Shown here piece after piece: positions 38,563 to 50,208 of a stretch of DNA of 64,000 bases. Numbering within the stretch: the first letter of the stretch is position 1; each line of letters begins with the position of its first letter. The position numbers and the translations under genes were made by a program. Source of the stretch: Zygnema circumcarinatum SAG 698-1b (lineage: Eukaryota > Plantae > Zygnematophyceae); contig CM074812.1 in NCBI GenBank assembly GCA_037447605.1, positions 1,302,001 to 1,366,000 on the forward strand. Direction: 5' to 3'. Under the pieces are notes generated by a model, which saw nothing but the letters and a program-made list of their open reading frames with translations, searched no databases and was not told where the DNA came from.

Positions 38563-39010
38563 GTTTAAAGCCCGGGAGGGTTGGTTTCGTGGGAGGATCT
38601 GAATTTCCGTAGCGTAGCAGTACACCACTGTACATATGTGTAAAATAAGTGGACAGTTTATGGGTTGTACCGTAAAGAGGGTGTTCATGTTCCCATGCAG
38701 GACAAGGGCCTTTGTTGTGGTTGTGTCATATAGGCTTGTAGGCTTTTTCTTACTGACTCAAGGAAGGATGTGCCAACTAATGGAGAGGCGCCACCTGGCA
38801 TCAACCAACAGCCTACTGAGCTTCGGTCGTCATTACCCGCTCTGACTTCTAGGAAATGTCACGTGGACACTTGGAATTCCACTCTGAAGTTGCTGATGGG
38901 AGTAGAGCTCGTGCTGGAGAGAGAATGAAGAGAGGGCGAGTTTCTGTATGAGCCGTCTCCGAAAGGGACTTGAGGTGCGACACTGAGATAGCACAACCCT
39001 CTCTTTCTTC

Positions 39011-39111
<101 letters not shown>

Positions 39112-39855
39112 GCTCCGCCGTTTCCTTTGTACAGATTAGCCTGGCCAGTCCTTTTCCTACTAGCTTTCTCTCACTCTACCTCCCTCCGTTGAGCTCTTTC
39201 CTTCTTTTCTCTGTTTCACACGTCTTTGGAGTTCTGGGTGCAGGAGTACCTAAAAGTGAGCAATCGAAAATTACCCGACGATGCAGGCTTTTGTCGACTG
39301 TCTATCCGTTGAACATAGAAGTGATACTCAAGATAGCGACGTGAGATGAGCATCTCTAAAGGGGAGAACTGAATGGGTTATTCCTTCCTCCCTTCAGGAC
39401 GAATCATGCTCTCTTTGGTACTCCCACCATGTCTGTCCCGCCTTGTTCTCTCCCATTCTCACCCGCTCTCAGCTCTATGGGCCTACTGAGATACCCACAG
39501 TGAGAGTGCAAGGGATGCTGTTTTTTTTTTTTTTTAAACTAGTGGATAGAGCAGCCTGTGTCCATTCCATGCAACTTTACGCTAAAGAAACGCAATTTTT
39601 GATCCTTTGGGGCGAGTTGTAATGCCGAATTTTGGCTTAAAAAAAAAGTGTCGATCCAATCAATACTTCTACCTTTCTTAGATCAACATCCTAGGCTGTA
39701 CCTTTCTTTTTTTCTTCTGTATCTTTTTTCAAACAATTCACCCACTTCAACAGCTACCTAAACACTACTTCAGTACACCACAGTGCTGCCCCGGAACCCC
39801 TCTAAAGTATTGATATACGAACCCTAATAAACAAAAGACCTACATTTTTACCGCC

Positions 39856-42800
39856 CTACCATTGGAGTCTGTCAGTTCCTGCTCTAAACTGGCTCCCACA
39901 CGTGTTCCCACTCCTCATGTGAAAAACTGCCTTAGTGAGAGTGGAGTACTGGTCTCCCACAAACCCTAAATTTGCACAGCTGCAGACCGCCTGCTCCAAG
40001 TGCAAACTCATGTCTTGAGTCTCTCCCACCCGCGGTAATCGCCGCCCCTCACTCTCGCTCTCTCTCCCTCTACCCAAAGGGGAGCCAAACTCAGCTAATA
40101 ACTTACTCGTGGATTCTACGTCCACTCTGTTTGTGAAGACTCCTAACCGGCTCCGTAGAACGTTCATACGGGCCTGCACGTAAGTGGCGAATAATATTTA
40201 AAAAAAATAACAAAAAAAAGCAAGATTTGGATTGCTTATTGCTCCGGGGAAGTTGAGAGAGCTGACCTCTTCTTCCACGGAGCGGAGCTCTGTAGCCATT
40301 CTGATGTCGAACCCGATGACCCCAAACTTCCCCTCAAACTTGCGGACCCATTCGGGGCTTGTGAGGTCGCTCATGAGAAAAAGAGTCAAGTTGCCGCCGC
40401 CCCCTCCGCTTTGCACGAACGCGTGAAGCCGCCGGAGCTGATTGGCCACCCAACTGTTGCACGACACAAATAAGAGAACCACAGAACGGGTTTCACAGCA
40501 ATCCATAAAATCATGTGGAATGGAGAAGGAGAGAGTGAGGGAGGGAGGGAGGGAGGGGAAGAGAGTGAGGGAGGGAAAGAGGGAAGGGGGGAGAGGGAGA
40601 GTGAGGAAGGGAGGGAGGGTGGGGGAGAGAGCGAGGGAGGGAAAGAGGGAGGAGGGGGAGGGGAGAGTGAGGAAGGGAGGGAGGGTGGGGGAGAGAGTGA
40701 GGGAAAGAGAGAGGGGGGGAAGGGGGAGAGTGAGGAAGGGATGGCGGGAGAGAGAGTGACGGAGGGAAAGTGGGAGGGGGGGAGGGGGAGAGTGAGGAAG
40801 GGAGGGCGGGAAAGAAATTGAGGAAGGGAGGGAGGGGGAGGGAGAGAGAGGGGAAGAAGAATGTACTTTCTGTTGACCTCCCGCGCTTCCCAGTAGTAGC
40901 CGTCTCCCCCCCGGAAATGCAGACACGCATAGTCTTCTCCCAATTGCTCCTTCGCAAAAAGTTTCGCAGAGTCCATGATGGGTCGAGTGAATCCCATAAA
41001 CTCTGTCGCACAGCTGTACGGACATCCCCAGCTTTCCAACAAGAATCAGCACCCCCAAATTCCAAGTGGCTGTCCCTTTAAGACCATAAAGTGTGGGGCG
41101 AAAAAATGGGCGATAAAGAAAAAGAAAGAATAAGAAAAAAGTGGCATTTATTTACCTTATAGCATCGATTCGGTCATCTCCCAACGGCGGATCGAGTTCG
41201 AAATAATTAAAAGTGCTTCCAAAATTTATAACTTTCGCTTTTGCAGTTTCAGAGTCAGAACTCCCCAAATAAAGTTCAATGTTGACAGGCTCTGGCCAGC
41301 GCTTTCCCATACTTTTGTATCTTTTCATCCACAATTTAAACGCTTTATGGTTCACATAAGTGGGCTTGCCCTGCTCACATTTAAAGCTTAAATCGCTCTC
41401 GAGTCGCAAGTCGGCACCCAGTTCTCCATTTTCATTTCTACAAGAGGGAAAAAACCGACTCATTTGAACATCAGTTCACCCAGGTCATGCACACTCTGCG
41501 TTCTTTAAAAAAGAGATAAAAAGCCCAGAAATATAAAGAGCAGAAGATTTCACCTTGTGTATGTGAATACGCTTTCATGGCAGCTCTTTTTAACACGATA
41601 AATGTCGTATTTACCGAGAGAATTGGACACAGTTGGAGAGTTTCCTAATGCTCCGAGGAGAATTCCGCATTGCTCCAACAAGTCTCCCTGTGACTCCTTC
41701 CCGGAAGCTTCCGGAAGAAGGGCAGTCAGAGCTTCAAGGAGAGGCTTGCACCAATCGCAGAGGGAGAGAGCTCTGGAAACATTCACTCCGCAGTGAAGGG
41801 CTGCAAACAGCCGCAAATCTATAGTGCGAACCAAACCTGCATTCATTTGAAGTCAATTTTGACTTTGTCAGGGTTGCATAGTACACATTCTTGAAGGGAA
41901 GGTTAGTTCTAATTGAGGGGTTAAAGGCTAAAAATGAAAAAGCTCATTGTTTGGAACCCCAGGGACTAAGTTCCTTCCAATTATCAGTTCAATTATCAAT
42001 TATTATCGAATGATGTGCAAAAAGAAGAGGTGATGTTATCGAGAAGTTCAAACATGACGTCAGGATGGAAGGAAGTGATGGTGGGCGGTATGTTTCACAT
42101 GGGGTTGCTGACGTCACCTTCCGGAAGCTTCGATAAGTCGACCACGTCAGCCAGAGAGACATATTCCGTCGAATCGAGCTTTCGGCTGATGGCTCGCCAC
42201 GCCATTTCGCGGTACTGAAACACCCCATTTATACCCAAAAAATGGAAATCAATTGCCATTTTCTTGGACCTTAAAAAAGCTCTCATTTTCAGGAGTACGT
42301 TTTTTTAACTCACAATGAGCCTTTTTTTATTGTGCCGAAAGTTTTTTTTTTGTCATATTTAATCGCGAAAGCTCACCTCATCCTGCGTTTTGGCCTCCCC
42401 TATCACGCAGTCTCCTCCCTTCACATCGTAGTGGCCGAGAATTGGAGGAACTATCAAAGTCCTGCCAGACATCAATAAAAAAGTTTTTAGGATTTTTAGG
42501 GTTTTAGGGATTTTAGGGAAAAGAGAATAAAAATATCTTATTTAACTAAGAATTAAATGAATAAATAATCAACAAAGCGTCCTTCCACATTCAAAGCAAG
42601 AAGCGTATAATAAAACATTTTTTTTTTTTACCGGTTTAAAATTCCGGCGACTCGAAGCACGTTTCGGAACGCGATGGCTTGATTGCCGAACCCATCGTGA
42701 GGAGCGTAGAATAAGTAATTCTCGCCGGGATCGATACTCAGCAAACGGTGAAAGGCATTCGCAAATGTCGCCGTCTCCGAACTCGCAAAAGGAATGGCCC

Positions 42801-43365
42801 CTGTTGAAGGGAGCCCTTTTTATTTTTATTTATTTTTTAATTCTCTCAAAGAAAAATCAAAGCTTTTTAAGTAGACAAACTGTTCAGCTTCTGTCTTTCT
42901 TTAAATTTCTTAAACAGTAAGGAATAAATAAGCGTATTTTTTATCGGAGTCGCCCAATTGCTGTATTTCAACTTAACCCACAAGTTAAATCAAATTAACT
43001 CCATTTCCCACACTTTCTCCACTAATGTGAAAGAAAGCCCACAGTGTCATTAAAACCCCTTATCTCTGAAATGGGTTCCAAATAATCTCTCGATTCAGGC
43101 AAGACGCATATGAATTTTTTCTTCAAATTCTTCATATTTTTCTTCATCTTCGTGTTCCGTTCGTCATATTTCTTCATAAAATCAAAAAGGCCCTTCGCCC
43201 TAAAAATAAAAAAAGAGAAATCCTAGAAGCTCTTTAGCCTCTCGCCCGCCGTCCCTCCCCCCTAAAGACCCAAAACAAGAATGCACTGGGACAGAGCCCA
43301 CCTCCATGCAGGAGCGTGACCAACAACGCAACTGTGGCAGCGCATCGAACGCTCACAGCCCCCAT
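39856..43365 (-). CDS. GDP-fucose O-fucosyltransferase-like glycosyltransferase (PF10250-type, GT-B fold)
   Basis: N-terminal hydrophobic exon MGAVSVRCAATVALLVTLLH; then YAPHDGFGNQ...GILNR|TLIVPPIL, YACLHFRGGD, LFLMSD, and LEQAVCSCANLGFVGDQYST, which are hallmark motifs of this family. Confidence 0.8.
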
Positions 43366-44412
43366 CGCTGGCGGAGAGCTCCCCTCCGCAGCCGCAGAAG
43401 CTGCGGCATGGAGGGATGGAGGGAGGGAGGGAGGGAGGGAGGGGATGCGAGTGGTATGGGAGAGGGACAAATAGGGACGGGAGAGAAGGAGATGGAGAGA
43501 GAAGGAGAGGGAGAGGGGGAGGGGGAGAGAGGGGGAGACCGAGAGAGAGAGGGAGAGGGAGAGGGGCGCAGAGGGAGTGCGGGGAGGGAGAGAGAGGGAG
43601 AGGCAGTGGGAGGGGCCAACTGCCGACACGTCCGTACGGTAGTTGGGGGCGGCCGTCGGTCCCTAGCCGTTGGCCGTACACCGTATGGTCCCTTTCGTAC
43701 ATGTTTTGTACTTTTCCATTTTTCGTTCCTGGTTTTCAGCAGGAAACTAAACAATTTGGACCGCGCTAACGACACAGCTAACAAGCTCTGATACGCGCAC
43801 ACTGCAGAAGTCATCAAATGTCGGCCGTCAATCGCCTCTCCGCTGTGGCCTTAAGCGCCTTAGTTTAGAGCGATCGTAGGACTCATGTGCAACATCAACA
43901 TTGCATTGTACACAACATTGGAAGCACAACAACTTAGTGCTTGTTTGCCCAAATTTCAAAGTAATTTGGCACCAAGACTTTGTAAACACAGACAAGCACG
44001 AAGGCTTTTCATGAAACCAGCATTCAAAATGAAGAACAATGGGATGGACAAGAAACTCTATGTTCATGCCATGATCATCCCCTCCTCCATGATCCCATGC
44101 CCATGCTCCAAAACCACCCCATCTTTCTGCAATGGTTTCACGTTGATCAATTCAAAATGGTGACATCTTAAACAACAAATGAACAATGGCGGATCCTCAG
44201 CTGCCTCTGGGGGCCTTAGCCTGACCGCCTCTAAAGGTTGAATTGCAAAAATACCCACCCGAATTCCAGATTCCTTTTCCCCACTCACTGCTCCCCCCCA
44301 CCCACCCCTATCTAAACCNNNNNNNNNNCCCCCCCCCCCCCCCCCTCCCTTTACAACCGAATGTACACACAACATTTTTCACATCCTATCCTATCCTATC
44401 CTTGAAGCTCTC

Positions 44413-46442
44413 CTATCCATGGGGTCCCCCCTCCCCCTCTCCCAAGCCCCCCATGGTCCTCTCCTCCTTGAGCGCCATGAAGTAGAGGAGCGCCCTCGTG
44501 ATGGTCCGCTGCCGGAAGGTGTCGTCCCCGACGGGTCCCTTCCAGTAGTGGCGGACGGCGCGGCCCTTGAACCCCGTCATCTCCTTTAGGGGCACCACCG
44601 CGATGTGCCGCTTGTACCGCCACGCGATGTCGCTCAGACGGCCCTGCTCCCACGGCCATAGCCGGTGAAACCGCTCGCTCGGGTCGTTGAACCACTCCTC
44701 CAGAAACTGCACACACCCACGAAAAATAAGATGAACTACAAAGAAACGATTAGATCTCTCTCATTTCTCTCGCACTCACACTCCCTCTCTGACCAGTCTC
44801 TCAACCTCTCTCTCTCTCTCTCTCTCACCCCCTCTCTCTCACATCAGTCTCTCAAAACTCTCTCTCAACTCTCTCTCATCCCTCTCTCATCACTCTCTCA
44901 CCTCTCTCAAAACTATCTCAACACTCTCATCTCTCTCTCATATCTCTCTCATATCTCACTCATCACTCTCTCATCTCTCTCTCATCACTCTCTCCCCTCT
45001 CTCAAAACTATCTCAAAACTCTCCCATCTCTTTCCCATCACTCTCTCTCCTCTTTCCCACCACTCTCTCATCTCTCATCTTCCAACACATCCGTCCACGC
45101 GAAAGACCCCCGCTTCCGAGTGGGCCCCACCATGTCCATCCATATCTCTGCCGCCATGGCTGCCCCACCTACTCACTCACTTACCTCATGCGTGAGTGAC
45201 GAATTCCGAAGCAGGAAGGTCCCCGCGTTGACGAACCCGTCCCCGCACGTCCTCTTCCCCTCCTCCGGAAAAAACTCGTCGAGTCCTTTGGGCCTGTGCC
45301 CCCCGCACGCGTCGTCGCGGCTGTCTCCGTTCCGGGGGACGAGCGCTATGAGGCCGCCCTCCTCGCTCCAATGCTTTAGAAGGTTGGAGGGGGGGTGGGG
45401 AAACCATGTTTGGTTGTCCATGTTCACCTTCATGTCTTCTATCCACTTGAAGTAGCCCTAGAGACGCACATGGTTAAGGTTGGGTTAGGGTGAGGGTTAG
45501 GGTTAACGCAAAAGCTAGGGTTGGGGTTAGGGTTAGGGTTAGGGTTAGGGTTAGGTTTAGGGTTTAGGGTTTAGGGTTAGGGTTAGGGTTGGGGTTAGGG
45601 TTAGGGTTAGGGTTGGGGTTAGGATTAGGGTTAGGGTTAAGGCAAAAGCTAGGGTTGGGGTTAGGGTTAGGGTTAGGGTTAGGATTAGGGTTAGGGTTAG
45701 GGTTAGGGTTAGCGTTAGGGTTAGGGTTGGGGTTAAGGTTAGGCTTAGGGTTAGGGTTAGGGTTGGGGTTAAGGTTAGGGTTGGGGTTAGGGTTAGGGTT
45801 GGGGTTAGGTTTAGGGTTAGGGTTAGGGTTGGGGTTAGGGTTGGGGTTAAGGTTAGGGTTAGGGTTAAGGCAAAAGCTAGGGTTAGGGTTAGGGTTAAGG
45901 CAAAAGCTAGGGTTAGGGTTAGGGTTAGGGTTAAGGCAAAAGCTGGGGTTAGGTTTAGGGTTTGAGGAAAGAAAGAAAGAAAACCCACATGTGTATGTCA
46001 GAAAAACGCAATTTTTTTGGGGGGGGGGAGATTAACGGTATCCGATGAGTGAGAATTTTTTTCCCTTTTTTGGGTGAAGATGTTGAGAGTTTTACTTTGG
46101 TGGGGAGCCTGGCGAGCCAGTCCTCGACCGACAGAGAGTGGTCCTCCATTCGAAAGTACGCGTCGGAGTCGATGTAGAAGACCCACTTGCAGCAGCACTG
46201 AAGCTGCTGTTGAGCGAATTTTATCTGCAAGTAATGAAAAATAAAACAATCGTTATCAATCGTTATTCCTATCCTCATGCCATTAGGGCTATAAGTCGAT
46301 ATTTTTTCGGGAAAAAAAAAACATCTTAATACAGGAGAATGCGAGCTCCTTCTCATGACCTGTAAATTAGGGTATCCCCCTCAAACCTCACTCCCCCAAA
46401 ACCCCCCATTGCCCAACAAACCTCCTCCAATACTTCTTTTTT

Positions 46443-46483
<41 letters not shown>

Positions 46484-46493
46484 NNNNNNNNNN

Positions 46494-46534
<41 letters not shown>

Positions 46535-47689
46535 CGAAAGCGAGCTGATTTCAGTCTCCGTTGTCGGGGGAAAAAAAACCCCTTTGTTGCCACCGTTCAT
46601 TGCTGCTTTTTCAACCCTAACGCAAGATAACCTTGAAACCCTAAAAACCCTAAAAGAGAGAGGGTTTTAGGGTTTTGAACCCTCCCCTCCCCTTCACCTT
46701 GTACCACGAGGTGTGCCGCGCCCCGAACTTGGCGAACTCTTTCCCCGTCGTCGCGACGAACCTGTACTTGTGCCGCTCCGCGTACGCTCTGGAGAACACG
46801 TGTGGGGGGAGGGGGTAGGGTTTAGGGGGTAGNNNNNNNNNNGGAGGGGGTAGGGGTTACGGTTTAGGGTTTAGGGGGTAGGGTTAGGGTTTAGGGATCA
46901 GGGTTAGGGTTAGGGCTAAGGGTTTGGAGAGAGAGGGGAAGCCACTGAGAGAGCGTGGATGGATGAGATAGAGAAAGAGGGAGAGAGAGAGAGGGAGTGG
47001 GAGGGAGAGGGAGGGAGTGGGAGGGAGAGGGAGGGAGAGGGTGTGGGAGAGGAAGGGAGGGGGAGGGAGAGGGAGGGAATGGGAGGGAGTTAAAGGAGAG
47101 GGAGGGAGAGAGGGAGGGAGAGGGAATGGGAGGGAGAGTGGGGAGAGGGAGTGGGAGAGGAAGAGAGAGGGAGGGAGAGGGAGGGAATGGGAGTGAAAGA
47201 AAGGGAGAGGGAGGGAGAGAGGGAGGGATGGGGAGGGAGAGAGCGCACCTGTTGATGATGCGCGTGGCGAGCCAGTAGGGCAGCTCCGCGTTGCTCTGGT
47301 CCTCGAATGACGCAGCGCCACGTGGCTCGAAGCGCCGGTCTTCCATGTACAGCAGGCAGCCCTCCCCCTCGGCCCGCCGCGCCACGTGGCGCTCCTGCAC
47401 CGCCCGCCCGGAGAGAGGAGGGAGGGGACAAGAGATATGGGACTGGGCGCTTGAGGGAGAGAGAGGTGGGGGAGAGTGAGAGAGAGAGAGAGAGAGGGAG
47501 AGGAGAGAGGGATGGAAGAGGGAGAGAGAAAGAGAGAGAGGGGGACGAGAGAGGCGCGCCCACCTCCCCCAGCAGCGCGTCCAGGTCCGACACCCAGTGA
47601 TGCCCCTGCGCGCCGCCGCCATGGCGCCCAACTCGCGCCGCCGCCGCCACGGCCACCATGGCCAGCGCTGTCACCACAGCGCGCCACAT
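44413..47689 (-). CDS. GT34 / galactosyltransferase GMA12-MNN10-like glycosyltransferase, paralogue A
   Basis: Six exons: signal anchor; [14 protein letters not shown]; [11 protein letters not shown] (DxD); [12 protein letters not shown]; EEWF...WEQGRL...AVRHYW. Confidence 0.82.
45476..45962 (+). repeat. Interstitial telomeric array (TTAGGG)n inside an intron of GT34 paralogue A
   Basis: About 480 bp of TTAGGG with TTGGGG/TTAAGG variants and five GCAAAAGCT interruptions; lies in the intron 45458-46095. Confidence 0.95.
46816..46925 (+). repeat. Second intronic telomere-like tract (TTTAGGG/TTAGGG mix, contains an N gap)
   Basis: GGGTTTAGGG...GGGTTAGGGTTTAGGGATCAGGGTTAGGGTTAGGG. Confidence 0.8.
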
Positions 47690-48218
47690 GGCGCCCTCCC
47701 TCTGCGCCACGTGTCACCAGAGCCGCGCCCTCCGCCTTCCACCTGGGCCGGAACCTTCGTCTCCCATTGCAGGTAGGGCAGCAGATGCGACCAAAACTGC
47801 TGCCCAGGCGGCCGGGGAAGAGCCCACCTGGCGAGGCCCCATTGCTGGCGGGATTCGCGGACCTAGGACCTAACTGCTCGTGTACGGCATTGTAGGAACC
47901 GGTATGTCGGTGAGCGTTTGACCAACGGTGGGATTGAAATACGACAAAATACAGTTATTCGATGAACGGTAACTGCTGTACCAGGATGCGTTGGCAAATA
48001 CGCCAAGTCCACGTGTGAGCATGATAATTCTCGTACTTCAAAAAGACAGGTTCGCTGGTCGGTAATGATAGGCTGGCTGGACTCAGAGCAGAGTCCCGAC
48101 AAGTCTACACGTGCGTCATCGCTCCTGCCGGAGCAGTTATGATATACGACAAAGTAGTCGACCCGTGTGAAGAAGTACGAACAGGGACTCTAATGTACTT
48201 TATTTGTCGTTTTCTAAT

Positions 48219-49165
48219 GGGTAGTGTTATTTCCACCCCTTTTTTGGATCCAAACACCCCTTCCCGGCCGGGCAGATTTCAGAAGGGATTAAAAGCGGAA
48301 AATGCTTTTTCACACTTTTTTGGAATCGATACCCACCCTCCATCGGCAGATTTTATTTTTGCGAAACAAGGAAAATGATAACCCATCACCCCATTTGAAT
48401 ATCCCGCCTACCTGAATTTTTTTTCACGCGTGCGGTCAATCGCAGCCGTCGATTCCCTCGCAGATCGCAACACGGCAGATCACTATTTGATCTGCAGCCG
48501 GGCTCGGTCACAGCGCATGGCACGTGCCCACGTATCCCGCCAAAGTCGTCTCAAAAATTTGTCCGTACAAATGTCGTACGGTCGCAACTTGAGGAATCCA
48601 AAATTTCGTACATTGAGATCTTGGACCAATCAAATTTCCACGTCAAAAATGTAACACGTGGCAAATGTTGATTGGCTGGGAGCTGACAATAGAATAAGAT
48701 CTCGTGCCGAGGTACGCGCGCACTCGCACCTGCGATCCGGCTTTTACGGGACTCGTGGGCGCTTTCCCTTCGCTTAGATCGAGCCCGGCTGCAGATCGAA
48801 CGGTGATCTGCAGTGGTGCGATCTGCGAGGGAATCGACAGCTGCGATTAACACACACGTGTGAAGGACGGACACCCGCGAACGATCTCGTGGCGGACGGA
48901 TCTTCCGCTCCGAGCGGATTCGGGCAGGCAGATATTTCTTTCCCTCGAAAGAAAAATTCAGGGAGGCGGGATACAGTATTCAAAATGCGGTGACGGGGTA
49001 TCATTTTCCTTGGTTAGCAAAAATAAAATCAGCCGACGGAAGAAGGTGGGTATCGATTCCAAAAAGGTGTGAACAAAAGCATTTTCCGTTTTTAATCCCT
49101 TTTGAAATCTGCCCGGCCGGGAAGGGGTGTTTGGATCCAAAAAAGGGGTGGAAATATCACTACCC
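48219..49165. mobile_element. Non-autonomous long-TIR (Mutator-like/foldback) element, copy 1
   Basis: Starts GGGTAGTGTTATTTCCACCCC and ends GGGGTGGAAATATCACTACCC; inverted arms of ~290 bp in total with one indel block. Flanks are TTTTCTAAT and CTTTCTAAT (8-9-bp TSD). Confidence 0.9.
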
Positions 49166-50208
49166 CTTTCTAATAGTTCCTTAGTTTCTGTTTGTCGTTT
49201 TGCGTTTGTCTGACCATTAGGAGCCGACAAATCGGAAGGACTGGGCGTGGGATCGTTGTACGGCAGTTAACATCCATACCAGAAAAGCCTGCGCCAGAAA
49301 ACAATCCCACAGCGCTAGATGACAAACAATATTTTCAATCACTTTTGTCCGGTACAGCCCATTCTGTCGGCCACGTGTCGCACTGACTTTTGGATTTTTC
49401 CGCATCAGCGGAGTCTGCGGTTGCCTCGTTAGTCCTGACCGTACGATCAAAGCGTCGTGACAAAAATCGACGGGCGAACCCTACCGTACATACCAATACG
49501 ACAGATTGTCGTATGAACTTGTACGGTTGGACAGGTAGGTATTTTGTTGGCCCGCTTCAGTGGAATCCTGCCCCACTATAGAGACACCCCAGATCCAGTA
49601 AACCCCCAAATAGCTCCAGCCATTGATTCCAGGATCCACACTCATTCTATCGACGGTGGAACCATCCCTGACGTCCGTCCATCGGACGGTTAAAATGTCA
49701 CGTGGAAAGTTAAACCACTCCGTGGATTCAGCGACTATGGATCTGCCGATCCACCCATCCTGTCACGTCCCGTGACGGTGACGCACGGTCTCCGATCCGT
49801 CCAGCGGAGCCTCCTTCGTGGGACTTTCAAAGGGGCTCTTCCTCACCTCCCCTCTCCCTCTCCCTCTCCCTCTATACTTTCCCTCGCCCTCCCTCACCCT
49901 CCCTCTCCCTCCCTCACCCTCCCTCTCCCTCCCTCTCCCTCTCCTGTACTTTTCCCCTCGCCCTCCCTCTCCCTCTCTCCCTCTTCCCCTCTCCCTCTCT
50001 CCCTCTCCTTATCTATTTCCCCTCGCCCTCCCTCTCCCTCTCTCTCTATCCCTCTACCCTCTCCCACTCCCTCTATATTTTCCCTCGCCTTCCCTCTCCC
50101 TCTCTGTCTATCCCTCTCTCCCACTCTGTCTCTTCCTCACTGTCTCTGTCTTTGTCTTTCTCCCGATCGCTCTCCCGCTCCGCCCCCTCGGCCCTCCTTC
50201 AGTCCGCC

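Noticed and set aside
43828-44160. Cys-containing minus-strand ORF between the O-FucT and GT34-A genes
   Set aside because: No recognisable family, start context or splice structure; probably GT34-A 3' UTR or intergenic. A BLASTX would settle it.
45476-45962. Chromosome end, or LGLG/TLTL repeat proteins
   Set aside because: The array lies inside an intron with in-phase exons on both sides; the ORFs are repeat translations.
46355-46630. Poly-Lys / poly-Phe ORFs
   Set aside because: Intronic poly-A run spanning an N gap.
49655-49680. Isolated hAT-like right end (CCATCCCTG)
   Set aside because: No matching left TIR or TSD found upstream.
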